Under the pieces are notes generated by a model. The model saw only the letters and a list, made by a program, of their open reading frames with translations. It ran no database searches and was not told the DNA's origin. From the NCBI GenBank assembly GCA_000165425.1, contig CT868035.1, forward strand, positions 186,001-245,749: a DNA stretch of 59,749 bases, written 5' to 3'. Source of the DNA: Paramecium tetraurelia (Eukaryota). The translations under genes were made by a program, and so were the position numbers. The first letter of the stretch is position 1. Each line of letters opens with the position of its first letter. Positions 27,560-39,900 of the stretch are shown one piece after another.

Positions 27560-28008
27560 AGATGATAATGATACATTTTTTAACAAGAATTTTCAGTTTG
27601 AATTAATATATTTGAATATGATAAATCAATAGGATGAGTAAAAAATAAAATTCTATTTCACTAGTTATTGTCTGGTTGAGTCTATTTTTAGAGAATATGA
27701 TCAATATTTTTGAAATCAAATTTGGTTTAGATTAGTTGTTTATTATCCTTGTTTGAAGGTTCTGATGGATATTGATTTAGTTTTCTTATGAGTAATTAGG
27801 TTAAGAGAATCTTCTCTCTCTAATGTGGAATTGCCTTTGGTTGATGATCGACTAAGTGTGGAAACACAGATCTGGTTGGCAGTAGAACTTATGTTTTGGT
27901 TCATATTTTTTGTGCCAATCAGTGAACTTGGTTGGAGTATAAGTTGTGGAGTGTTCTTGAAGCTAGTTTTAATGCTTGGAAGTAGGATCTAATTGGATAT
28001 TATTACAT
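27560..28008 (-). other. Possible small gene (unresolved)
   Basis: Two long stop-free minus frames and an intron-like GTATGTAATAATATCCAATTAG near 27989-28012; no confident start. Confidence 0.25.
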
Positions 28009-28036
28009 ACGAATAAATATAATTAAATTATTAGAT

Positions 28037-28750
28037 ATGGTAAAGTTGCTATCCAAATCACCAGTGGCATTAAATAGTCCAACTTTGTAACAATGGGACA
28101 ACAGTTTCAGAGAGAATTATGAGATGTATTAAACAGAGATTGACAAGAATACTTATGCATTGTAGAGAAGCATAAGGGGGTTCTGGATATTTGGAAAGGC
28201 ATTCTACCCTGCTTTGACTCAACATTACAGCTAGAAATTGGAGCTATATCAATTGAAATAGCAATTAGGAAAGGTATGATGTGGTATTATTTACATTTCA
28301 GATCGAATAATCAGAGGTGAATTTGTATAAGACAGTTGATCCAAGCATCAGCACCGTATTGAATAAGACATTCAGTACTCAATGGCTTTGGTGGAATCTC
28401 CAAGACATATCCATTACAGCTGGGCTACAAGTGTATGCTCAATTGTTTAATTTTGGATACTCATGGCGATTCGGATTCTTGGTTCTACCATATTGTGCTA
28501 GAGTAAGAAATCCCGTAACTCCTAGGTCTTCTATGACTATGCAACTTCATATTAAAATAAATCGAGGGCGGTCGAATTTCTCAACTGGGCAATTCAATAC
28601 AGAAAGGCAAAGAGCCAGATCGAAAGAGGTAGCTTGGATCCACAAGTGGTGGAGAGATATTAAGCTCTCTTTGGAAGTGTGAAGAAGGGACCACTCTAAG
28701 TGTATGCAGACGTTGTTGAATTGGCTACTCAGCAAAACCCCAATTTGTGA
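28037..28750 (+). CDS. Hypothetical membrane protein (~220 aa)
   Basis: MVKLLSKSPVALNSPTLQQW...; introns 28274-28301 and 28503-28525 give a clean frame to TGA 28748-28750. Aromatic-rich central hydrophobic segments. Confidence 0.8.
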
Positions 28751-28781
28751 TGGATAATATAAATGATATAATGAATATTGA

Positions 28782-29830
28782 TCATTAGAATAATATTTAC
28801 TTCACAGTCTCTGACAGCAAGGCTCCAGCCAACTCCACTGAGAACTTTTGAGCCTCCTTGATTTACTGCTTCTCATTGGTCTATTGTCCACTCCCTTGGT
28901 AGGGCTGATCATACTTGATGAAGCATTTGTCCTTCAAATCACATAGACACTATCTAAAATACAACTATAATTCTATAAACACAAAAAATCTACCTGGTTA
29001 TCCTCTAGAATGGACTATGACAATCTGACACCCCAATATCGTTCCCATAATCCCTAAACAATCTTGCTATCGATAGAATTGCTAAATATTTCAATATCCA
29101 ATGAATAATATTTGTCATGATAAGCTCCAAAATCTTTGATCTTTTGAGTGGGAATTCCGATATTGTCATCCTAATTCTCTATTATGGAATTATTGATTAC
29201 ATTTTAATGGTCGATATCCATCAGGGTACACTCTAAATGCACCAATATCTACCTTTTAATTGGTCATGGTTCTGATTGGATCAATCACAACAGCAACAAA
29301 AGCTCCGTATCCCATTTATTACAATCTCTAATTCTAGACATCAGTGCCACTTAGCCAACATCCATAACTTGGATGAGAGTGGTACCATCCTACTGTAGGA
29401 TGCACTCTTCCCACAGTTTCCAACATTTCAATCATTTACACGTATTCCCCCATGGCTTCAGGTGCTAATCATTTGTATACAGAATATGTACTTAAGGTAA
29501 CATTCACTTCACTTGCCTCTGCATTTAAATAGATTACATCGTAAATGATGAAGGTTTCCTTGTCACATCTTCCTTACATCAGACCCATCACCTCATTGTT
29601 CTCTATTTGTAAATTAACAATCAAATACTTCCAAGACATGCATGAATCAGCATTTTGATCACAGCTGCAATTGAAATTTTGCATTTCTTGAAATAGTTAG
29701 GTGAACTATCCCATGGCTTCTTGTCGATGAAATCGTTCTGCTCATCCTAATTAAAGTGATAAATAGATTCATCTGGCAATATGTTATTTCTCTCGACAAA
29801 TTATTGATAATCGACTTACTCTACTTACAT
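28782..29830 (-). CDS. CSN5: COP9 signalosome subunit 5 (JAB1, MPN+/JAMM metalloprotease)
   Basis: [86 protein letters not shown]-terminus ...ETVKQILFQ*. Confidence 0.95.
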
Positions 29831-29882
29831 TATTATTTTATTAGAATATATATATAATAATAATATTTATTCGATAGATCAA

Positions 29883-31332
29883 TCAATTCTTTTCAGTAAT
29901 GTACTTAGAGTCTAATCCAATTCATGCAAAGAATGCAAATAACTATAATGATTCAACCTTCATACTTTGAACTCAATTCATGAATTTCCTTTTTTGACAT
30001 CTGACTCAAACCATTACTGATCTTAATCAAATCAGAAACACTCACGTATCCCTCATTTTTAATCTTGCTAAAAGAGTTCTAATTTTCCTTCCACCAATTT
30101 GCATCAAATTGAACAAATGACTAAGATGTAGATCTTTAGATATAAGATTGTTCATAGCTGGTTTTCATGATTTGATTACTCTTGATAGGCTCATACTTCT
30201 ACACGCTCTGTCTTAGTTGAGTACTCTTCAAAATGAACGATAATTATTTCGCCGAATTCTTTCTGCAAGGAGACTTTTCTTGATTGTTATTTATTTTTGC
30301 CGACGTCATCTATCTTACGTAATTCCTAAAGTCGATCAGTTCTTGCCTCTGAGATTATTCGTACATTCAAGTAACCGTTAATAAAAATATTAATAAATCT
30401 CAATTTTTATCAGGACTACCCATACGCCTTCTTCACTATTGCTGTCCTAGAGATCTTATGTTCAAAAACTAATTTCTGTAATGTTTCCTTCGATATCACT
30501 CAAGGTCTACCATAATTATTTATTAGCTATCTACTTTTAAATCTGACTCACTATATCATAAGTATTTGATCATTTAACACATGCATGTTCCCCTCTATTC
30601 TCCATTTCAACAACTTCAACAATCCCTGATTTTTGTATTTCAATATCATTAGAACCCAAAAAGAAATCATAAGTGAATTTAGTATATTCCCCCTCCTGAA
30701 ACACCATCAATCTATAAGAATGCTTAAATCCAAGAACATTAGCAGTTCTTCCTTGCAAAATGCCTAGCCACTCTCTCGAAAATCTCATCACCTTTATGAA
30801 TCAAATCTCAAAAGACTTAACAAATGTCAAAAATGTCTCTTTGTGGATTGAAATATTCACCTAGGAACACTCAATCATACCTGATTTGATTATCCAAATT
30901 CAATTGGCTATGATGAATTACTTTTTCTTTAATTCTTAGCACTAACTACTGAGATTTCTAGGAATTTTACATTTATTGAATCAAACTTCAGCCCACCTTC
31001 TTTAAATGGCAATCCTATCTACTATAATGATGAAATTGTTTCAAATTATTATATCCTAACTTCTGGTTTCTTAAACTAACCATATTACACCAATCTCATA
31101 TAATTTATGATTATGCCTTATCATGGTCTAAGTATGATCTACCAAATACTCTTAAATTTTCATTAATAAATTACGTTTTACACTTTGAAATCAATTCTTG
31201 AGATGCACTTAAATCAACCTCCTTTGATGATTTATATAATCTGGGCAGAGAGTAGAAGGGTGATTTCAATGATTCCCAGATTTGGTGATGTTGGTTTATA
31301 TTTGAATTCTTTTTGCTTGGGCAATTATTCAT
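29883..31332 (-). CDS. Hypothetical protein (internal exon structure uncertain)
   Basis: ATG 31332 opens a ~150-codon stop-free frame (MNNCPSKKNSNINQHHQIWESLKSPFYSLPRLY...); further coding-like frames and intron-like elements continue to ~29883. Confidence 0.5.
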
Positions 31333-31538
31333 ATATAATATAGCGTAAAGTCATATAATTATTAATAATAATTACTAAATCTATATTACCTTCAATAATT
31401 AAACTATTCCTTATTAATTTGATAAGTCAGTATAAACTAAATTGATTTAGATAAATTAATTTACTTTAATTATAGGAAAGTAAAAAATCAAAATTTAATT
31501 ATTTTTTGATATATTTATACCCTATATATTTAGCATAA

Positions 31539-34064
31539 TCAGAGAGGTTAAAAAATATCAATGTTTTAAGGTCTTCTTCTGCCATAGACAGATTGCATCC
31601 CTAGAATTAGCAGTTCGCCAGCAGAGGATATGCTGATAAAGGAACTTGAAGAAAATTTATAGCTCTCATCTAAAGATAAAGTATCATCTTAGTCTGCATC
31701 ACTATCTGAATCAGAGGAGGAGTCATCATCATCATCATAATCTTCCTAATCGTCCTCATTTAGAAATTTATCAATTAGACAGGTTTCCCTTAAGTCTCCG
31801 TTTTGATAAATTGAAGTGAAGTTGAATTTATTTTCAAATCTCAATGTCATACTATTTGAAATAGGCAATACAAAACCAATTTGACTTTTCAATTTTGTAA
31901 TAAATTACATAGATTATTCGATTCTTTTATCAACTCTATATGCTACTATAACATGCTCATTTGATGTTGTTAATAGCCCTTTAATATACAGAATATTTTT
32001 GTCATAATCAACTTGTAGATTGTTAAAATCGATCATTTTAAAAAAGAACAATGGTAATTTTCTTTACAGAAAGATATTTAATTCATTTTGGTAATTATAA
32101 ACATTGCAAATAGTTTGTTCCTTTGAATCAGTTGTAAAAATTAGAAAATACTCCTCAAAGATGACAAACTCAAGTATTTAAGTTACATTTAGAGAAAAAC
32201 TGCTGATCAAATCTTAGAAGGGGAACGATATGCTATATAGGCATAAAGAACCATTTTGAGTTTAGACAAATAAAAAATCCTTCTTTTTTGGAGATGCAAA
32301 AATATTCACGACATCTGTTGCGTCCAAATCATCTGATTGAGTTGTCTCTTGTTCAGTTATGTTGTAAATCAATACTTTTTGGGGTAGTAATAAATAGAAG
32401 TGATTGTTATCAGACACAACCTTATGCACTTGACCATTTTCAATCTTTTTCACCTTTTTTTAATCATAGGTATTCATTACATCCAGATAGAAGTAGCAGG
32501 AAATGTATGTACAATGAATATAATTAATCTTATTATCTTGGATTTAAAATGCTGAATTTAATTTAGTGATGACCTCATCTTATACTGAATATCGTTTAAA
32601 TACTTTCAAATTACCCTTATCGATCTATCCCAAAAAGATATAGGAACTTGAAAAAGCAAATATAATTTTAAAACTATCTAAATCGAATATTCTTAGTTGA
32701 TAAGTAAAAAGAATTGACAACTTATTGTATTGATTAAATTATTAGGCTCCCATGAGAATTTTATCATATTGACATTTCTGAAATTTAAGTAGACGACTTT
32801 GATATATCGTTGAGACATCTATAGTCTTACTGATATTGAGAGTTTTAACATGGATGTCGTAATCTGATTAAGTTAGTATTACTATATTCTTTAGAGCATC
32901 TGCGGCTTGAATTTCAAATATCAAGTTGACATCGTTTTGTTATTTTGTATTAATTTCAAAGAAAGGGGTTTCATAAAGCAAATACTTGAAAATATAATTT
33001 TTATCAGCCATAATAAATTGATCTTACAATTGATTAGCAATGATTTAAAAGTTTCTCTTGAAATCTGTAGTACTAATGAGTCGAAGCTTTTTTGTGAAGA
33101 TAGTAACCTCTGTTCCAGATCCTAAAAGGATAAAACTTTTTGTCAAGAATACTTGTGCCTTTTTAACCCTAAGATTTAACCCATATGTTTCACCATCATA
33201 TGTTATTTAATTAGCATGGACTATTACGAACTTCTTTGTTTTTAAATCGTAATCATAAGCGAGAATAATTTCCTGAAAAGATAAGCATTCACTATTCTTT
33301 GAGACTAAATCAATTACGAATAATGTTCTCTCACTGCTGAATGTTAGTGTTTAATCTTGATAAGTCTGCAATATTAAAACTTCCTGATATCTTCCAAATT
33401 ATTGATTTTCACACTTATAATCGAGTTTTAAAAAAGGGCACATATTCTTTTGCCAATTATTATTGGCATTTATCTAGTTATGGCCATTGCTAAAAATGGT
33501 TTCGTTTAATTAGTCTACTAAAGAAGTTAAGGCACATGCGATTGGTATTTCAGTCCTATCGATCATTTTTGGATAAACCTTTATTAAGATTTTCCTCCAA
33601 TTTTAAATTACTATAAGCACAGTATCCATCACTACAAAATTGTAGATTTAATCTTGCAAAGTAAAGACAATTTAAATTTCAGGATCCTTATCCTAATAAA
33701 ACTTCGCCTGTTAAATTATTTACAATTAACCTATGATCAATTAAGATTACCGAGGCATTCTATTTTTTGTGGTTTTATATTGTTTTAAAAACAGAACATC
33801 ATATTCCCATTGATTTTGATGTTGAACATACTAAATTAGTTTCATGCTTACAACTACATTAACATTGTCAATTTTATTATTAGAACAAATGTTGAATGAA
33901 GTAGAAGAATAATCAAGTTCATTAAAATAAAGGTAAACTACTTCTTCATCTGACAAAGATATTGAAAACTGTTATTATTCAGCGTCATCCTACTCTATGC
34001 AATCTTAAGATCTTATGATTTGGAACAAAATAACCGTAAGACTTCCTAAAAGCATTAAATTCAT
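31539..34064 (-). CDS. Secreted/surface protein, 841 aa, acidic C-terminal tract
   Basis: Signal peptide MNLMLLGSLTVILFQIIRS; ATG and TGA in frame (2526 nt); tail EDDQEDYDDDDDSSSDSDSDADQDD. Confidence 0.8.
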
Positions 34065-34490
34065 AAAATTAATTATATTGTTTAAATTGAAACAAGTAAA
34101 AACAAAAACTGCGGATCTATACAAATTATTCTAATAACATATGATTCCAGAATATTTTAGGATCTAAATAATTACAAGTACTCTACCCAATTCTACAACT
34201 AAAATCTTACTTCACCAATTTCCTATTCAAATTATTGGATTATCTCCACTATATTATACGGATATGGATTTGAGGTAACCATCATCTTCAGAATTGAACC
34301 TCAAATCCACTTTGAATACAGAGTTTCTTGTATGATTACAACTTAAGTAGATAAATGATCATCATTAGAATTCAAGTTCATAATGGCAATCTATTAAATA
34401 GTTTATGGCTATTGAAGACATTGCAATAGGAATTTATTTTTTATAAGTTGATTTGTTTAACAATATATTTTTTTATATTAATTTGGAAAG

Positions 34491-35242
34491 ATGAAGGGAC
34501 CTAAATATGTGGAAAGCAACTTCTAGTTGTTGTTAGCAAGACGGGTAGAATACAATAAACATATCAATTAAATTAAGAATGCAAAATGTAATCCAATGTT
34601 GGAGAAAAGAGTAAGTTATATTTTTAATTTAGTCTTTATCATAGTAATAGTCCTTTTTTAGATAGCTGGAGTAAAATTGGAAATAGGCGAATTTAAAAAG
34701 AGAACAAATGAAATATGAGGAGATAGTCAAGTTAAATACGAAGATGTTGATGAAGGTGGCAAATGCAAAGGAAGATCAATTTTTATCACAAAGTAATAAA
34801 AAAATCTATTGAAGATCCTTAAAAAGGTCGGATTGACTCTGCCAGATCAAGCAAATCTCTACATAGTGTGATAAAGAAAACAAAGGAGCGAGAGTTATTT
34901 CAAGAGAACAAAAGATTAAAGGATAAAATCGAGAATGTGCAATCTTCAATCGCATACAATAAAATAATTGAGAATTTCAACAAGTAAGGCATTTTCAAGA
35001 ACATTAGACACCAGGGTGAGAGGGATCGATTGACAAGAAACTCCTATCAAAAATAGAAAAAGATAAAGGAGATGTTGGATAGCCTGACATCTTAGTCCAA
35101 AACGTCTCTCCACTCTAAAAATAACAATTCCAATTAAGTGCCCAAATTGAGGTTGCCAAGAATCAATCAGTAGGGATAGAGTGTGAAATCGATACAATAA
35201 TTAAACAAATTGAGAGTTGATGGTTTCTACACTGCCAGATGA
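34491..35242 (+). CDS. CFAP97/Hemingway (KIAA1430)-like domain protein
   Basis: EEIVKLNTKMLMKV and SLHSVIKKTKERELFQENKRLKDKIENVQS match the duplicated I..EN..L..RI motif of this ciliary family. Introns 34611-34632 and 34793-34814; TGA 35240-35242. Confidence 0.6.
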
Positions 35243-35368
35243 ATATGTTGTTTTGATATATAAACTTTGTTTTATTTGTAATATTGCAATAATGCGCTGA
35301 ATCAATTAGTTATGACCCTAAGGATGAATACTTATTATATTATGAATATGCATTTGATTATATGTAAA

Positions 35369-35859
35369 TCATGCTAATGGGGCAGCATTGTTTTCCACTT
35401 TATATTACTCAACCTACTTAATGTAATTGACATAATGTCTGACTTTATTCAAGACAGGCAATGTTTCAGCTGAAATCACATAACCCAAATCCTCTTCAAT
35501 CTATTATACGTATGTAAGTTTAGATTACTTGCATTGATAATTCAATGGAATCCAAACTATCTAACCCGTGTTGTTCCAATTCAGAATCCAAAGTGAGAGC
35601 AGACTGCCAAGATATATATAACAAGTATTACTTTATTGGTTGTTCTATAATAATTTTTGACCAAGGTGAGAACATATCCCTCAATATCCTATGACTTCTT
35701 CAATTGCAAATAATTCTTAGTGATCAATTGTCCATCCTTATAAACTTGGATGGGTTTAGCTTGTTGTTGTTTGCCCTGAGTTGTTGCTGGAGTCTTATCT
35801 GCAGCAAAAGTATAGAGGGGTCTCATAGTCAACATTCTGAATCCTCTGATCATATTCAT
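35369..35859 (-). CDS. Mitochondrial acyl carrier protein (NDUFAB1-like), copy 1
   Basis: Presequence-like MNMIRGFRMLTMRPLYTF; phosphopantetheine motif HGLDSLDSIELSMQIEEDLG. Two 28-nt introns; TGA 35369-35371. Confidence 0.9.
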
Positions 35860-36353
35860 TAATTTAAATATTATCTTTGAAATAAAATATATTATTGATT
35901 TCTATTCCATCCATTTTTTTGTTCACATAACTCACGATCCTCACTTGTAGACTTTTACCTCCTCATCAATGGCAAAAGTTTCCTCATCTTAGGCATGTTA
36001 ACATCACTAATGTATCTGGTGCGTCTCATTCTTCTTAAAATAGCTTTAGAACAATTCCTGTTCAAATGTCTTGATCCTGGAGGTTTGAACTTCAGTCTCC
36101 TAGGTCCAACAATCTTCACCCTCTTCATTACACCTTTATTATCGCCAATTTTATATAACTAATTCGGTGTTCTGATCCTCTTCTTCCAACTTGAAGACGC
36201 ACATTTAGATTTTGTTCTTGCTTAACTTGCAATTCTGGCTTATCGTAATAATCTCACTAATCCAAAATCTTAAACAGGTTTCAAATTCATAGCCACTGTT
36301 TGCAAAACAGGTATCAATATTAATTTTACTGTCTAGGTTGCTAATTTTAGCAT
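35856..36353 (-). CDS. MRPL35: Mitochondrial ribosomal protein bL35m (3' end uncertain)
   Basis: Presequence-like N-terminus, then YKIGDNKGVMKRVKIVGPRRLKFKPPGSRHLNRNCSKAILRRMRRTRYISDVNMPKMRKLLP, matching the bL35 pattern. First in-frame TGA at 35856-35858. Confidence 0.8.
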
Positions 36354-36911
36354 AATTTGTTAAAACTAATATTGATTAAAATTAATCTTTAATATTATAC
36401 TATTTTACTATAGTTTACTAGAGACATCCTTTATTTGATAGATGACAGATCAAATTAATGTCTAAAACTAACTTAAATAAAATAAGTAAAAAGTGATAAG
36501 GAGTGTATATAACATTATATAGATTTATACAATTATAAAATAAATATAATTCGAATGGGAGTTTAGAAGGTATAATAATTGAATTAAGAGTCTAAAAGAT
36601 GGCATTAAAAGAATAGAAAAATAATGTGACTAATTTATATTCAAGATTGAATTTGAGAGGAGTTAGCAATTTAATCTATTAAGGTGATATTATTAACATA
36701 ATGTTTGATTAAAAGTTAAGAATTGAATTTAGTGATAAATATCAGTTAATATAACTATTTTCATATTGAAGATATGCTTCACTAAGCTATAGAATCTCTT
36801 ATGTAGCTCTGTTATTGAAATAAGACGTTTTAGGGTTAGTAATCAATTCTGAACATCAAGGTTTGTATTTTGATAAGGTTTTGAAATAGTTTAATATATT
36901 ATTTATAATTT

Positions 36912-39900
36912 ATGTCTCAACCATTAAGGTATGGTTAAATTATATCACTTAAACCTTCAGAAATGGATCATATGTTCGTTATCAGTGATGGTCACATTAA
37001 AACGAAAGCTTAGATCTTTGAAATCAAAGCCAAGAAGGTTGCATCTGGAACACTTTTCTTTTAAAGTCTGTTTCAAATTTACCCTCAATTCCAAACTTCG
37101 AAGATCGACTAGGCATTAAAATTGGAGCGCGAATTGCAAAAAGAGAAATACTAAAAAGACAACATGAAATCAAATAAAATAAAGGAAATGGAAGAAAAGG
37201 TATTTCAAGAATACAAACAAAATATTGAGACAGCAGAGAAAAACAAAGACTAGATCTTTACAATGGCTTAGCCTATTTAGTTCTTGCATTTATCCAGCAA
37301 CAAATTCTTGGCGTGTAATTATTTCGAAGCAGACGAAGAAAAAGAAAATTTCAAATTAGAATTGAATGAATATCCCTCAGATAATACTTGCTTCAGACTT
37401 GTGCCTGCCTACTTTCACCAAACCAGAGCTGATGGATTGATTGCAGACGAACCCTTATACATAATCATGGATAAAATCTATCTCGGCATGAAACCCTACC
37501 TACACATGAGTGATTCCACCAAGCGCTACAATAATCATCTGATATTGGCTTCAAGGACTATGTTCAACTTCCCGAATGCTAAGGCTCTCCAAAGGAAAAT
37601 AATCTCCGGACAAACCAAAAGCAAGTAATCCAGAGTTGATCTCAATGACTTACAAGAACCAAATACTCAAATCATGTTGATGGCTCTTGATTACAAAAAA
37701 AAGTAAGATTTAGAATTAGCACATCAATTGGCATCAGCAGAATCAATATAGAAGAAGGAAATAAATGTTTCCTTAGAAAAAAGATCTCCCTTCCTTATTT
37801 CAGTCTTCTCCAATACAGAAGAGGACGAAAACAAAATATATTTTGGAGATGTGATTTGGTTGCATCACATAGAACTGAATGCAATTTTAGTGACTGTTAA
37901 AAATATGTCGGATGAAATTATTGTTTCACTCTAATAGACTAAAAATGATTAATTGGGTGAGTTTATTGGTAATACGAATGGAATGTGGTACATAGAGAGT
38001 TTGAATATGAAAGGAGGTCCAGTAGAGTGGGGTTAGATTTTTAGGTTAAGACACTTTTCATTGGGGAAATATTTGGCTGTTTAGAAGGAATAAGATAGAG
38101 ATACTGATACTTATTCATGCTTTTATTTGGAAGACAAACAAAGCGAGAACTCTTTATTGTAATTTTCAGCTCTTCCAAGTTCAATCAATGAAAATGAAAA
38201 GTTTGTAACTAAGGATGGCTTTTTCAAACTGAAAAATAACAAAAAATGGATCTAATTCATTGATAAGCATCCTGATTCTGATTCATCAATAGTTATGTTG
38301 AGGTTAAGTGACAATTGTAAGGATGATGATGTCCTCAAGTGTTACAAGGCTAATTTAAATGAGATTCAAGAGACATCCTTTTTGGTTTCTTGTTTTCCAA
38401 TCATGAGGAAGACTTTGTCTATTTTGACTGATTTGGCAACCAAGGATTACAAGAAGATCTATCAAGATAAAAACATCAAGTTCCCAAAGAAGATTGCCTA
38501 ATTAAAGAAAGTGCTCTAGGATTTAACCAGATTTTGTTCAAATTAATTTCTCATTAGCAGTTAAAACAGATAGAAGGTGTTAAAGGAGCAATACTTTATC
38601 GATATCTTATTAGAAATATTGTGTAATATCAGCAACGAGGGTGAGATCAAGGAATATTTGGAATTGACAAGGAAAAAAAAAGGCCACGGATTTTCTGATA
38701 CTATTTAGAGATCAGCAGCTTAAAAACTACATTCTGCAGCATTTTAAGTCAGAGATGCCTTGCTCTAAGATTTTGGTTAGGTGGCTTCGAGAGTATAGTA
38801 AGAGAATGACAAGAAATAATTAAGGTAATATATTGGAGAGAAATTTGAAGTAATCAAAATGATTTATCAATTATTGATTTGTATATGCAAGGACAACAAT
38901 TAAAACGAAGCATATGTCTATGATAGAGTAGAAAAATTCTAGTATTAGGCTAAATTTTTTAAGGAAACTACCGATTTCATTATTTCTTTACTTAAAAACA
39001 ATGAATAGTTATTATAAAATCTAACTGAAAAGATTCGTTTATCTGAATAGAAATAAAGAAGAATAAGACATGAATCTATTAAATCATATCCTTAATTTAG
39101 GCTTGATAGTAGTTTGCTTTAAAGAGATCCAAATAATATTGTACTATTCTATAAGAAATTGGTAGAGGAATCTCAGAATTCAAAGGATTACATTGAGTTT
39201 TTTAGAACAATATGTAAATACAATAATAAGGGATTATCTGTCAATTAGGAAACTATTTTTAAGAAATGCTAAGAAAATCCAAAATTCAATAATGCACTAT
39301 TTTGGACTATTACGTGTACAGACAATTAGATGCTGATTGAAAAGGATATTGACAAAAAGACTATGTTTTAATTAAACAAAGAGGAATTGGAATCATTTGT
39401 TGCTCAATTGAGATTATACTCAGACTTGGCTCTTTCAAGAAACTTTTAGTGGAAAGGAATACTTGAGAAGAAATTCCCAAAGTAATTTACATTTGAATAA
39501 ATCTTTAATAACGAATTAGATCCTGATGTTAGATCAGCTCTCTGTAATTTGGCATTAACTGTCTATATTGATCATGAGCCTTTGCATCTATAAATTGTTC
39601 CAAATTTGTGCAGATTAGTCAACCAATAGGCAATTAAACAATAATAGGAATTTCATGACCATGAAATATTTAAGTAGTTAATTCCTAAAGTAATGACACA
39701 GATCCATGATTATAAGAAGAATTTGATTGACGATTTAACAAAAGGGTCATAAGCAAGCAAGAAAAAAAAGTCAGAAGCGCAGCTACAATTAGATATTATT
39801 AAACTTGCTAAGACTCTGATTCAATTTGATGTTGTCAATTTGATTAATAGGAAGGATATCTATAGCGAAATATTGCAACCTCTAATCACATTTTTAGAAT

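Noticed and set aside
34141..34335. 64-codon plus-strand ORF
   Set aside because: ORFs of this length arise easily with a single stop codon; no motif support.
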